Positions 23,685 through 31,832 of a stretch of DNA of 32,000 nt are shown here, in pieces. The stretch covers positions 7,468-39,467 of the forward strand of contig CALCTW010000083.1 of assembly GCA_937907055.1 (NCBI GenBank). The letters are read 5' to 3'. Every line of letters starts with the position of its first letter. The stretch's first letter is position 1. A model generated the notes under the pieces. It was given only the letters and a program-made list of their open reading frames with translations, made no database searches and was not told the origin of the DNA. This stretch comes from an uncultured Clostridia bacterium. GTDB taxonomy: Bacteria; Bacillota; Clostridia; Christensenellales; Aristaeellaceae. Both the position numbers and the translations under genes were made by a program.

Positions 23685-24476
23685 TTATCGTTTTTCCGGG
23701 CACGCCGCTCTCGCGAACACCGGGATCAGCTCCGCCACCCAGTCCGTCACGGTCTTCAGCATCTCTCTGCCCCATTCAGCGGTCGCGCGGTCCGGCGCGT
23801 CATCACCCATGCCGTGCGCCAGCCAGCCGTTGTCCGTCAGCCGGTTGATCGGGCGCGGGATCGTCACCGTGCCGCCCCTGAACATCGAAGATGTCCAGCT
23901 GTAGGTGGGCAGCTCGTCGCTGATATCGTTCACCATGTTCTCGCCCTCATGCAGCCATTCGCGCTTGATCAGGTTTTCGTCCACCGCCATCACGCCCGCG
24001 GTCTCCTCACCGCCGCCGTGACCGCCCTTATAGAAGGGGTTCAGCTGTCCGGCCAGCAGCCACCAGTCCACACGCGCCAGCAGACCGCCGCGCGCGTAAA
24101 GCTCCAGTCCCACCTGTTCAATGGCCTTGCAGTTGCCGCCGTGGCCGTTCAGGATCACAAAATGACGGAATCCGTAATCAAACAGCTGATTGCAGATCCG
24201 GCTCAGCACCATCGTCAGCCCGTCCATGCCCAGGGAGATCGTACCGGCAAAGCCGCGCAGATCCTCCGTGCAGCCGTAGGGCAGAGCCGGCGCGATCACG
24301 ATCTCGCTTCCTACGCGCTCCTCGATCATCTCCATGATCCTCACCGGGATCATCGTGTCCGTGCCCAGCGGCATGTGCTTGCCGTGATTTTCCGTCGATC
24401 CGGTCACGATCAGCACGCTGTCCTTTTCCTTCAGGTAGGCCTCCACCTCGGGATAACTCATCCGGTCCAGATACAT
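23685..24476 (-). CDS. Creatininase-family amidohydrolase (creatinine amidohydrolase / ArfB / MftE superfamily)
   Basis: 'SYPEVEAYLKEKDSVLIVTGSTENHGKHMPLGTDTMIP' and 'FVILNGHGGN' are characteristic of the family. AAGGGGAA RBS. Stop is TAA. Confidence 0.8.
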   Translation of the reverse strand: MYLDRMSYPEVEAYLKEKDSVLIVTGSTENHGKHMPLGTDTMIPVRIMEMIEERVGSEIVIAPALPYGCTEDLRGFAGTISLGMDGLTMVLSRICNQLFDYGFRHFVILNGHGGNCKAIEQVGLELYARGGLLARVDWWLLAGQLNPFYKGGHGGGEETAGVMAVDENLIKREWLHEGENMVNDISDELPTYSWTSSMFRGGTVTIPRPINRLTDNGWLAHGMGDDAPDRATAEWGREMLKTVTDWVAELIPVFARAACPEKR

Positions 24477-24620
24477 TTTTCTTTCCCCTTTTCATTGTCC
24501 GTTTTTGTTTTGTTCATTATAGCACCATGGCGCCCGTTCCCGCAATCCCGTTCGCGGCCATCCCCTGTTTTTTCCGTGATCCATACGGGTTTCGGCGCGC
24601 GTGATTTCCCGTTTTATCCC

Positions 24621-24649
24621 TTGCGGGATACCGCGTTTCAGTCTATAAT
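24621..24649 (+). promoter_or_regulatory. Candidate sigma-A promoter for the ABC exporter operon, with an overlapping dyad
   Basis: TTGCGG, 17-nt spacer, TATAAT. The dyad TATCCC-ttgc-GGGATA (24615-24630) overlaps the -35. Confidence 0.5.
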
Positions 24650-24682
24650 AGATAAGCATTTTTCAATCGGAGGTCAAGAGCA

Positions 24683-26404
24683 TTGGGTTTCCTGAAAAAG
24701 TACTTCAAGCACTATAAAAAAGACATTTTTGTCGGTCAGTCCTTCAAGCTGATCGAGGCCGTCCTGGAGCTGCTTCTGCCGCTCGTCATGGCCGCGCTCG
24801 TTGACGGCATCGCGGGCGGCACCACGCATGATATCGTCATGCGCGCGCTGCTCATGCTGCTCATTTCCGCTGTAGGCGTGGGCACCGCGCTGGTCTGTCA
24901 GGTCACGGCCAGCCGCGCCAGTCAGTCCTTCGGCACAGAACTTCGTCACGATATCTTCTCTCATATCACCACGCTCTCCGCGGCGGATCTGGAGCATTTC
25001 GGCACAGCCGGTCTGGTCACCCGCATGACGGGCGATATCAATCAATTGCAGAGCGCGCTGGCCATGCTCATCCGTCTGGTCGTCCGCGCGCCCTTCCTGG
25101 CCATCGGCTCCATCGTCATGGCCATCATTCTGGATATCAATCTTTCTGTCGTCTTCCTCGTTGCCACGCCGCTCATCTGCGTGGTCATCTGGGCAGTCAT
25201 GAAGGCGTCTCTGCCCTATTTCAAGCGCATGCAGAAGGGCACCGATACCCTCGGCCGTGTCACGCGGGAGAATCTCTCCGGCGCCCGCGTCGTCCGAGCC
25301 TTCAATGCCCAGCAGGATGAGACCACTCGCTTCAATGAAGCCGCGAAGGGCTACACCGCCGTCGCGCTCCGCTCCGGTCACCTCAACGCCCTCCTTTCTC
25401 CCGCCACCACCATCATCATGGATCTGGGCATCATCGCGGTCCTGCTCCTCGGCGGTCAGCGGGCGCAGCTGGGTCTGCTCTCTCAGGGCATCATCATCGC
25501 CTTCATCAATTACCTGCTGCAGATCCTCACACAGACGGCCATCGTGGCCAATCTCATCGTTCTTTTCACCAAGGCCGGCGCCAGCGCGCAGCGCATCGGG
25601 GAGCTGCTTTCCATGAAGCCCTCCATTCAGGAAGCGGAAAGCACAGAGGATCTCGATCCCGCCGCTCCTGCCGTCACGTTCGATCATGTCAGCTTCCGCT
25701 ATCCCGCCGGCGGTGAGGATGCCGTCCACGACATCTCCTTCACGCTCCATAAAGGCGCTTCCCTCGGCATCATCGGCGGCACCGGCAGCGGCAAGTCCAC
25801 CCTGGCTTCCCTCATCAGCCGCACCTACGATATCACGCAGGGCAGCATCCGTCTTTTCGGCACGGATATCCGCAAGGTGCCGCTCAGCCGTCTGCGCGCC
25901 ACGGTCGGCATCGTTCCGCAGCACGCCGCCCTGTTCTCCGGTTCCATCCGCGATAACATGCGCCTCGGCAATGAACAGGCCGCTGATGACGAGATCCGCG
26001 CGGCGCTCAAAACCGCGCAGGCGCTCGATTTCGTTGAAAAGAAGCCCGGCCAGCTGGATTATGTCCTTGAAGAAGGCGCGAAGGATCTTTCCGGCGGTCA
26101 GAAGCAGCGCCTCACCATCGCCCGCGCCCTCACGCAGAAGCCGGAGGTGCTCATTCTGGATGACAGCGCCTCCGCCCTCGATATGCGCACCGATTCTCTG
26201 CTCCGCGCCGCGCTCAAGGAATGCGATATGACCCGTGTCATCATCTCCCAGCGTGTCAGCGCCATCATGGATGCCGATCAGATCCTCGTCCTCGATGACG
26301 GCGCGCCGGTCGGCCTCGGCACGCATGAGCAGCTGCTCGATACCTGCCCGGTCTATCGCGAGACCTATCTGTCCCAGACCAAGGAAAGCGGGGTGAACGC
26401 GTAA
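24683..26404 (+). CDS. ABC exporter permease/ATPase fusion, subunit 1 of a heterodimer (carries the degenerate ATPase site)
   Basis: TTG start 9 nt after GGAGG. Six-helix TMD. Walker A 'GGTGSGKST' and signature 'LSGGQKQR'. Walker B is 'VLILDDSASALD' (Asp replaces the catalytic Glu). The switch region is 'IISQRVS' (Gln replaces His). Stop is TAA. Confidence 0.9.
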   Translation: MGFLKKYFKHYKKDIFVGQSFKLIEAVLELLLPLVMAALVDGIAGGTTHDIVMRALLMLLISAVGVGTALVCQVTASRASQSFGTELRHDIFSHITTLSAADLEHFGTAGLVTRMTGDINQLQSALAMLIRLVVRAPFLAIGSIVMAIILDINLSVVFLVATPLICVVIWAVMKASLPYFKRMQKGTDTLGRVTRENLSGARVVRAFNAQQDETTRFNEAAKGYTAVALRSGHLNALLSPATTIIMDLGIIAVLLLGGQRAQLGLLSQGIIIAFINYLLQILTQTAIVANLIVLFTKAGASAQRIGELLSMKPSIQEAESTEDLDPAAPAVTFDHVSFRYPAGGEDAVHDISFTLHKGASLGIIGGTGSGKSTLASLISRTYDITQGSIRLFGTDIRKVPLSRLRATVGIVPQHAALFSGSIRDNMRLGNEQAADDEIRAALKTAQALDFVEKKPGQLDYVLEEGAKDLSGGQKQRLTIARALTQKPEVLILDDSASALDMRTDSLLRAALKECDMTRVIISQRVSAIMDADQILVLDDGAPVGLGTHEQLLDTCPVYRETYLSQTKESGVNA

Positions 26405-28140
26405 TGAAAAACACCGTCAAGCGCCTTCTCTCCTGCATGCGCGCAAGCAAGGTCAGGCTCATCCTCTCCTGTGTCATCGCGCTGCTCTATGTCGGCTGCA
26501 CGCTGCTGGCCCCCGTGCTCGTGGGCAACGCCATCGATCAGATCATTGAAAAGGCGGTCCTCTTTGATCAGCTTTTCGTCCTCTGCATGTATCTCGGCAT
26601 TCTCTATGTCGTCAGCTGCTGCCTGCAGTACGCGCTCAGCGCCCTTACCAACACCATTTCCTACACCACGGTGGAAACGCTGCGCGCCGATGCCTTCACA
26701 GCCATCCAGAAGATGCCCATCCGTTCCATCGATCATTCCTCCCACGGTGATCTGGTCACCCGCATCACCACCGATGCCGAAGCGGTCGGCGACGGCCTCA
26801 TGCAGTTCCTCTCCCGCTTCCTCACCGGCATCTGCACCATCGTGGGCACCCTCGTGCTGCTCTGCGTCATCAATCCGTGGATCGCGCTGGTCGTCTTCGT
26901 CCTCACACCCCTCTCCGTCATCGTGGCCAAGCGCATCACCCTCATGAGCCACAAGCTCTTCAAGGAGCAGTCTCAGGTGCAGGGTCAGCTGGGCGGATAT
27001 GTCAACGAGAACCTCGCCAATCAGCAGCTGATCAATGATTTCTGCGGCGAGGAGCGTGAGATCCGCCGTTTCGATGAGATCAATCAGCATCTCAAGACCT
27101 GCGGCTACCGCGCCCAGCTCTACGGCGCGCTGGTCAATCCCACCACGCGCTTCGTCAATCACCTTGTTTATATCGCGGTCGGTGTCGTGGGCGGCCTCAT
27201 CTGCCTTGCCACAGGCGGCGCGGCGCTCACGGTGGGCAACATTTCCGCCTGCCTCACCTACGCCAATCAGTACACCTCCCCCTTCAATGAGATCTCCGGC
27301 GTCATGACCCAGATCCAGACCGCCCTTTCCGCGCTCCGCCGTCTTTTCACCGTGCTGGACAGCGAAAAGGAGCAGCAGGATATCACCGCCGCCACATCCG
27401 CCGGGAAGCCCGAAGCAAAGGGCCTGGTCGAGTTCAGGGGCGTTTCCTTCGCCTACGAGCCTTCGCAGCCCCTCATCGAGGATCTTTCCTTCACCGCCCT
27501 GCCCGGCCAGAAGATCGCCATCGTCGGTCCCACCGGCGCGGGCAAGACCACGCTGGTCAATCTGCTCATGCGCTTTTATGATGTCAATAAGGGCGATATC
27601 CTCGTTGACGGTAAGAGCATCTACACCATGTCCCGTGATGAGACCCGTTCCCTCTTCGGCATGGTCCTGCAGGAAACATGGCTCTTTGGCGGCACCGTCC
27701 GTCAGAACATCGCCTACGGCCGCGCCGATGCCACTTTGGATGAGGTCATTGCCGCTTCCAAGGCCGCGCACGCGCATTCCTTCATCAAGCGTCTTCCGCA
27801 GGGCTATGACACCCCCCTGAATGCCGATTCCGGCCTCTCTCAGGGTCAGATGCAGCTGCTGTGCATTGCCCGCGCCATGCTGTGCAACGCGCCGCTCCTC
27901 ATTCTGGATGAAGCCACCTCCTCCATCGATACCCGCACCGAGCAGAAGATCGGTCAGGCCTTCGATACCATGATGCAGGGCCGCACCTCCTTCGTCGTCG
28001 CCCATCGCCTGTCCACCATCCGCGAGGCGGATCGTATCCTCGTCATGGATCAGGGCCACGTCGTCGAGCAGGGCACGCACGATGAGCTGCTCCGCAAGGG
28101 CGGCTTCTACGCCAATCTCTATAACAGCCAGTTCAAGTGA
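26404..28140 (+). CDS. ABC exporter permease/ATPase fusion, subunit 2 of a heterodimer (consensus catalytic residues, degenerate signature)
   Basis: 1-nt overlap with subunit 1 (TAATG). Walker A 'GPTGAGKTT', Walker B 'LLILDEATSSID' and H-loop 'VVAHRLST'. The signature is degenerate, 'LSQGQMQL'. Stop is TGA. Confidence 0.9.
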   Translation: MKNTVKRLLSCMRASKVRLILSCVIALLYVGCTLLAPVLVGNAIDQIIEKAVLFDQLFVLCMYLGILYVVSCCLQYALSALTNTISYTTVETLRADAFTAIQKMPIRSIDHSSHGDLVTRITTDAEAVGDGLMQFLSRFLTGICTIVGTLVLLCVINPWIALVVFVLTPLSVIVAKRITLMSHKLFKEQSQVQGQLGGYVNENLANQQLINDFCGEEREIRRFDEINQHLKTCGYRAQLYGALVNPTTRFVNHLVYIAVGVVGGLICLATGGAALTVGNISACLTYANQYTSPFNEISGVMTQIQTALSALRRLFTVLDSEKEQQDITAATSAGKPEAKGLVEFRGVSFAYEPSQPLIEDLSFTALPGQKIAIVGPTGAGKTTLVNLLMRFYDVNKGDILVDGKSIYTMSRDETRSLFGMVLQETWLFGGTVRQNIAYGRADATLDEVIAASKAAHAHSFIKRLPQGYDTPLNADSGLSQGQMQLLCIARAMLCNAPLLILDEATSSIDTRTEQKIGQAFDTMMQGRTSFVVAHRLSTIREADRILVMDQGHVVEQGTHDELLRKGGFYANLYNSQFK

Positions 28141-28176
28141 TGACGGCAAACGGTATCACCATGGTATCCGCGCCCG

Positions 28177-28220
28177 CGCGAAAACGGCTCTGACATCCGT
28201 CAAAGCCGTTTCGCGTTTGT
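28177..28220 (+). terminator. Possible terminator after the ABC operon
   Basis: Stem cgcgaaaacggc/gccgtttcgcg with one bulged A and a 16-nt loop, followed by tttgttctc. Confidence 0.35.
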
Positions 28221-28252
28221 TCTCCCGTTTTCGCTTGTTTCTTCTTCTCCTG

Positions 28253-28657
28253 TCAGCGCGCCATCTTTTCTTCCAGCGCGGGCAGGATCACCCGGTCCGC
28301 CGGCAGCCAGTCCACGCTGAAAAGCGTTTCCTTCGTCAGCCACGCGGCATCCTCCGCCTCCAGCAGGGTCAGCTGCCCCTTCGTCACCTCACACAGAAAG
28401 CAATCCATGCTCAGGTGGAACGCCGGGTAATCATACTCGATCACCCCCAGCCGTTCCCCCACGATGATCTCCGCCGTCAGCTCCTCCCGGATCTCCCTTT
28501 TCAGAGCTTCTTCCGGGGTCTCGCCCGGCTCGATCTTTCCGCCGGGGAATTCCCACATGCCCTTCTGTTCGCCGTATCCGCGCTGTGTCGCGTAAACGCG
28601 CGTGATCCTGCTCACATCGTCGCAGATCACAGCGGCTGCCACCTTCACCTGTTTCAT
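28253..28657 (-). CDS. NUDIX hydrolase (MutT-like nucleoside triphosphate pyrophosphohydrolase)
   Basis: Nudix box 'GGKIEPGETPEEALKREIREELTAEI' (Gx5Ex7REUxEE). AAAGGAGA RBS. Stop is TGA. Confidence 0.88.
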   Translation of the reverse strand: MKQVKVAAAVICDDVSRITRVYATQRGYGEQKGMWEFPGGKIEPGETPEEALKREIREELTAEIIVGERLGVIEYDYPAFHLSMDCFLCEVTKGQLTLLEAEDAAWLTKETLFSVDWLPADRVILPALEEKMAR

Positions 28658-28687
28658 CGTTTCCCATCTCCTTTATTCGAGGCGCTT

Positions 28688-29896
28688 ATGAAAAAGAAAA
28701 ACGTCACCCTGCTCTATTCCCTCATCACCGCGGGCTACTGGATGGGCTGTGTCATCTACTTCCAGTTCGCGGGCGGTTATCTGAAGGCCCTCGGCTATTC
28801 CGCCACCGATTACGGCCTCATCATCGCGGCCGGTTCCACGCTCAGCGCCGTTCTGGCGCCCGTGCTGGGCTCCTTCTGCGATAAGCATCCGCGTATCACG
28901 CCGCTCAGGATCAATCTGCCGCTCTACGCGCTGCAGCTGGTCGCGCTGCTCACACTGCAGCTTTGCTACGGTCAGGGGGCTTCTTTCCTCAATACCGCCG
29001 CCTTCATCCTGTACATCACCGTCTGTGTGCCGGTCAACTCCGTCAATATGATGATGTGCGTCAATTTTGAAAAATACGGCGCGCGGCTCAATTTCCCCCT
29101 CGCGCGCGGCATCGGCTCCCTCGGCTTCATGGTCTTCTGTGAGCTGGCCGGCATTCTGATCGCCGATCACACCTATTCCATCATCCCGCTCTGCGGCATG
29201 CTGCTCATCCTGTTCGATCTGCCCTTCCACATCTGGTCGGAGCGTGAAATGCTCCGCCTGCGTGATCAGCAGCCCGCGGAGGATGCCGCCTCGCAGGAAA
29301 AGGCCGTTTCCCTTCCCCGCTTCATCCGGGATAACAAGCGCTTCAGCCTGCTGCTCCTCGGTGCCGTCTTCATCTTTGTCGCGCACAATCTGGATGCCAA
29401 TTTCCTCAACGAGATCAACACGCACCTGCACGGCACGCCCGAGACCCTCGGCCGCATCGGCTCCATTACCGCCATCGTGGAGGTGCCCGTCCTGCTCTTC
29501 TTCGTGCCCATCTTCGGCAAAATGCGCGAATCCACGCTGCTCAAGGCTGCCTTCGGCTTCTTTGTCATAAAGCTCCTCGCCTACGCGCTGGCCGCCTTCG
29601 CCCCCACGGTGGATCTGTATTGCTGGGCTCGTATCCTTCAGGCCCCTTCCTATGCCATCTTTGTGGCCGCCATCGTGCCCTATGTGCAGAAGGTCATCTC
29701 TCCCCGTGACGCCGCCAAGGGTCAGTCCCTTGCCTTCACCGTCACCACGGTCGGCAGCGTTCTGGCGGCGCTGTTCGGCGGCTCCCTGTTCGATTCCATC
29801 GGTGTTCAGTCCACGCTGTTCGTGGCGACAGGTTTCGCCGCCCTCGGCGCGGTCCTGGCCATCCTCGGCACGCAGAAAACTTCCGCCAATCCCTGA
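28688..29896 (+). CDS. MFS-type transporter (about 12 TM helices)
   Basis: 402-aa hydrophobic protein with 6+6 helix organisation and a central charged loop ('SEREMLRLRDQQPAEDAASQEKAVS'). The start is placed at ATG 28688 (MKKKNVTLLY). The upstream part of the 604-aa ORF is antisense to the NUDIX gene. Stop is TGA. Confidence 0.65.
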   Translation: MKKKNVTLLYSLITAGYWMGCVIYFQFAGGYLKALGYSATDYGLIIAAGSTLSAVLAPVLGSFCDKHPRITPLRINLPLYALQLVALLTLQLCYGQGASFLNTAAFILYITVCVPVNSVNMMMCVNFEKYGARLNFPLARGIGSLGFMVFCELAGILIADHTYSIIPLCGMLLILFDLPFHIWSEREMLRLRDQQPAEDAASQEKAVSLPRFIRDNKRFSLLLLGAVFIFVAHNLDANFLNEINTHLHGTPETLGRIGSITAIVEVPVLLFFVPIFGKMRESTLLKAAFGFFVIKLLAYALAAFAPTVDLYCWARILQAPSYAIFVAAIVPYVQKVISPRDAAKGQSLAFTVTTVGSVLAALFGGSLFDSIGVQSTLFVATGFAALGAVLAILGTQKTSANP

Positions 29897-29962
29897 TACC
29901 CTTATAGATCCGCGCCGTCCCTGTCCCCATCTCCGGGGCATACAGTACGCGCTTGTCTTCAC

Positions 29963-29987
29963 AAAAAGCCCCGTCCGGGGCTTTTTT
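29963..29987. terminator. Bidirectional terminator between the convergent MFS gene and recO
   Basis: aaaaagcccc-gtcc-ggggcttttt(t). Confidence 0.7.
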
Positions 29988-30005
29988 ATTGCTTGTTTTC
30001 GCGTT

Positions 30006-30713
30006 TCACAGGCTGTTGATCTTCTTCTCCGCCCGCATGCTCACATATTTCTTCAGCAGCTCCACCGGCGGGTCCTCATCCGCCCGTTCATACCGGTCGA
30101 TCCCCTTCACCAGCACCTGCCGCATCCATTCGGCCTGTCCGGGACGCAGGGGCGATGCCACCGTAAAACTGTTGCTGCACGCCCGGCACAGCACACCGCC
30201 GTTTTCCGGGTCAAACAGATGCGCGTCACGCGCGTCCTTTCCGCACTGCACACACTTGTCCAGTTCGGGCTTATAGCCGTTCAGCGCGGCAAAATGCAGC
30301 AGGAACCCTGCCAGCACCACATCGGGATCGCGGTCCGTATAGCACAGCCGCCCCAGCGATCTTGCCAACAGCGTGAACAGATGCACGCTTTCCTGTCCCG
30401 GCTGCACCACTGCCTCGCACAGGTTGATCATGCCGGTCGCCGCGCGCAGCTTATCATAATCCTCACGGATGGGATAGAACGTCTCCGTCACGTTGCACGC
30501 TGAGACCGTTCCATGCCCCTTCCCCATAAAGATCACATACTCTCCCATGGCAAACCATTCGCTCGCGCTCATCAACGGGCTCTTCGCGCGCCTGCAGCCG
30601 CGGCACAGGGCTTCCACGCGTCCCATGCCCGGGGTCAGCAAGGTCAGCATCCGGTCATTTTCCCGGTAATCCGCCCTGCGGATCACGATCCCCTGCGTAG
30701 TCACCGATGCCAT
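30006..30713 (-). CDS. recO: DNA repair/recombination mediator RecO
   Basis: N-terminal OB fold 'TQGIVIRRADYRENDRMLTLLTPGMGRVEALCRG'. C-terminal zinc motif 'CVQCG...CRAC'. Stop is TGA. Confidence 0.88.
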   Translation of the reverse strand: MASVTTQGIVIRRADYRENDRMLTLLTPGMGRVEALCRGCRRAKSPLMSASEWFAMGEYVIFMGKGHGTVSACNVTETFYPIREDYDKLRAATGMINLCEAVVQPGQESVHLFTLLARSLGRLCYTDRDPDVVLAGFLLHFAALNGYKPELDKCVQCGKDARDAHLFDPENGGVLCRACSNSFTVASPLRPGQAEWMRQVLVKGIDRYERADEDPPVELLKKYVSMRAEKKINSL

Positions 30714-30800
30714 TTCTGCTTCCCCCTTCCCGTGTATGATTCGTGCGCCCCCGTTTCCGGAAGCGCACGTTCTTTATCTCTTTTTCAATTTCAGGTCTTT

Positions 30801-31832
30801 TTACTCTTCCGTCACGCGGTAGATCGCCATGAACAGCGCGCCGTCCTGCGCGGATCCGTCGATCCGGATGGGGTATTCATAATCATTGCGCATGATGAAG
30901 TTCAGCGCGCTGTTGCCCACCGCGGCATCCACGCCGTGCGGCAGATAACTCGCGCCGCTCGGGCCGTGCGCCCTGCGCTTCAGCACCGCCACACCGGGCA
31001 GCTGCAGCACCGTGTTATACAGCGTGCTGCTCACCTGACAGGTACCGCCGCCGTAGCCCAGCTTGGTCGTCCCGTCCGCGAGGATCGGCGCGGCCTGATA
31101 ACCGCTCGCGGCGTTATAAGGGCCCACATCCTTGTTAAAGTCCAGTTTGTTGCCCGTGTTCAGCACAATCGGGCGCATCCGGTCACAGGCCACCTGCAGG
31201 TTCACCATACGGCCCAGATTGGCCTCAGTCTGCGCGATGTTGTAAAAGGACACATACGCGGCAATGGGTTCGCCCGTGGAGGGATCCTCCAGCGCGCGGT
31301 CCACCATGGCCACATCCCGCAGCTGATTGCTGTCGATGTACGCGTACTGGCGGTGATAGATCACCTTGCCGTATCCGTCCTCAAAGCCGATCAGGGCCAC
31401 CTTCGCGCCGTCATACAGCGTCACCAGCGTGTCGCCCGCGCCCTTATCGCTCATCACAGGCGCGGTGCCGTTCACCGCGGCCGTGTACAGAAATTCCTCC
31501 ACGCCGTAGGGCGGTGTGGTCACAATATCGATCACGCGCACCGCTTCGATGCAGCTGCGGCGGATATAACCGCGCTTTTTGTCGTATTCCACTTCCACCC
31601 AGGTCGGATCCACCCAATACACATTGAAGCGGCGTCCTTTGGGGATACTCAGCAGCGACACCGCGTCCGTATCCGGCTCCGCCAGCAGTCTCACCTGCAC
31701 AGAAGAGCGCGCGGTATAGATCGGTTCACTGTTATGTTGGGTCGGGTCCACCGTGTCCGCGTGCGCCGCGGCAAACAGCCCGGAAAGGCACAGCGCGCAC
31801 AGCAGCAGTGCCGTGAAACGCTTCATCATCAT
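30801..31832 (-). CDS. Secreted SH3b-repeat / VanW-family protein
   Basis: Signal peptide 'MMMKRFTALLLCALCLSGLFAAAHA'. Two SH3b-like segments. VanW core 'GYGGGTCQVSSTLYNTVLQLPG...HGPSGASYLPHGVDAAV...FIMRND'. Any of three consecutive ATG codons could be the start. Stop is TAA. Confidence 0.78.
   Translation of the reverse strand: MMMKRFTALLLCALCLSGLFAAAHADTVDPTQHNSEPIYTARSSVQVRLLAEPDTDAVSLLSIPKGRRFNVYWVDPTWVEVEYDKKRGYIRRSCIEAVRVIDIVTTPPYGVEEFLYTAAVNGTAPVMSDKGAGDTLVTLYDGAKVALIGFEDGYGKVIYHRQYAYIDSNQLRDVAMVDRALEDPSTGEPIAAYVSFYNIAQTEANLGRMVNLQVACDRMRPIVLNTGNKLDFNKDVGPYNAASGYQAAPILADGTTKLGYGGGTCQVSSTLYNTVLQLPGVAVLKRRAHGPSGASYLPHGVDAAVGNSALNFIMRNDYEYPIRIDGSAQDGALFMAIYRVTEE

Noticed and set aside
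24683-28140. The two ABC exporters as the dedicated processing/export system for the Gly-Gly-leader peptide
   Set aside because: Both proteins begin directly with the transmembrane domain (573 and 578 aa) and lack the ~130-aa N-terminal C39 cysteine-peptidase domain required to cleave double-glycine leaders. They are also 10 kb away and separated by unrelated operons.
28082-28687. N-terminal 202-codon extension of the MFS ORF (604 aa in the ORF track). Similar upstream extensions occur at 5629-5706, 11412-11480, 16049-16174, 18415-18447 and 21827-21880.
   Set aside because: The extensions overlap other genes or terminators, lack RBSs and encode non-homologous sequence. Internal starts with Shine-Dalgarno sites give N-termini typical of each family.
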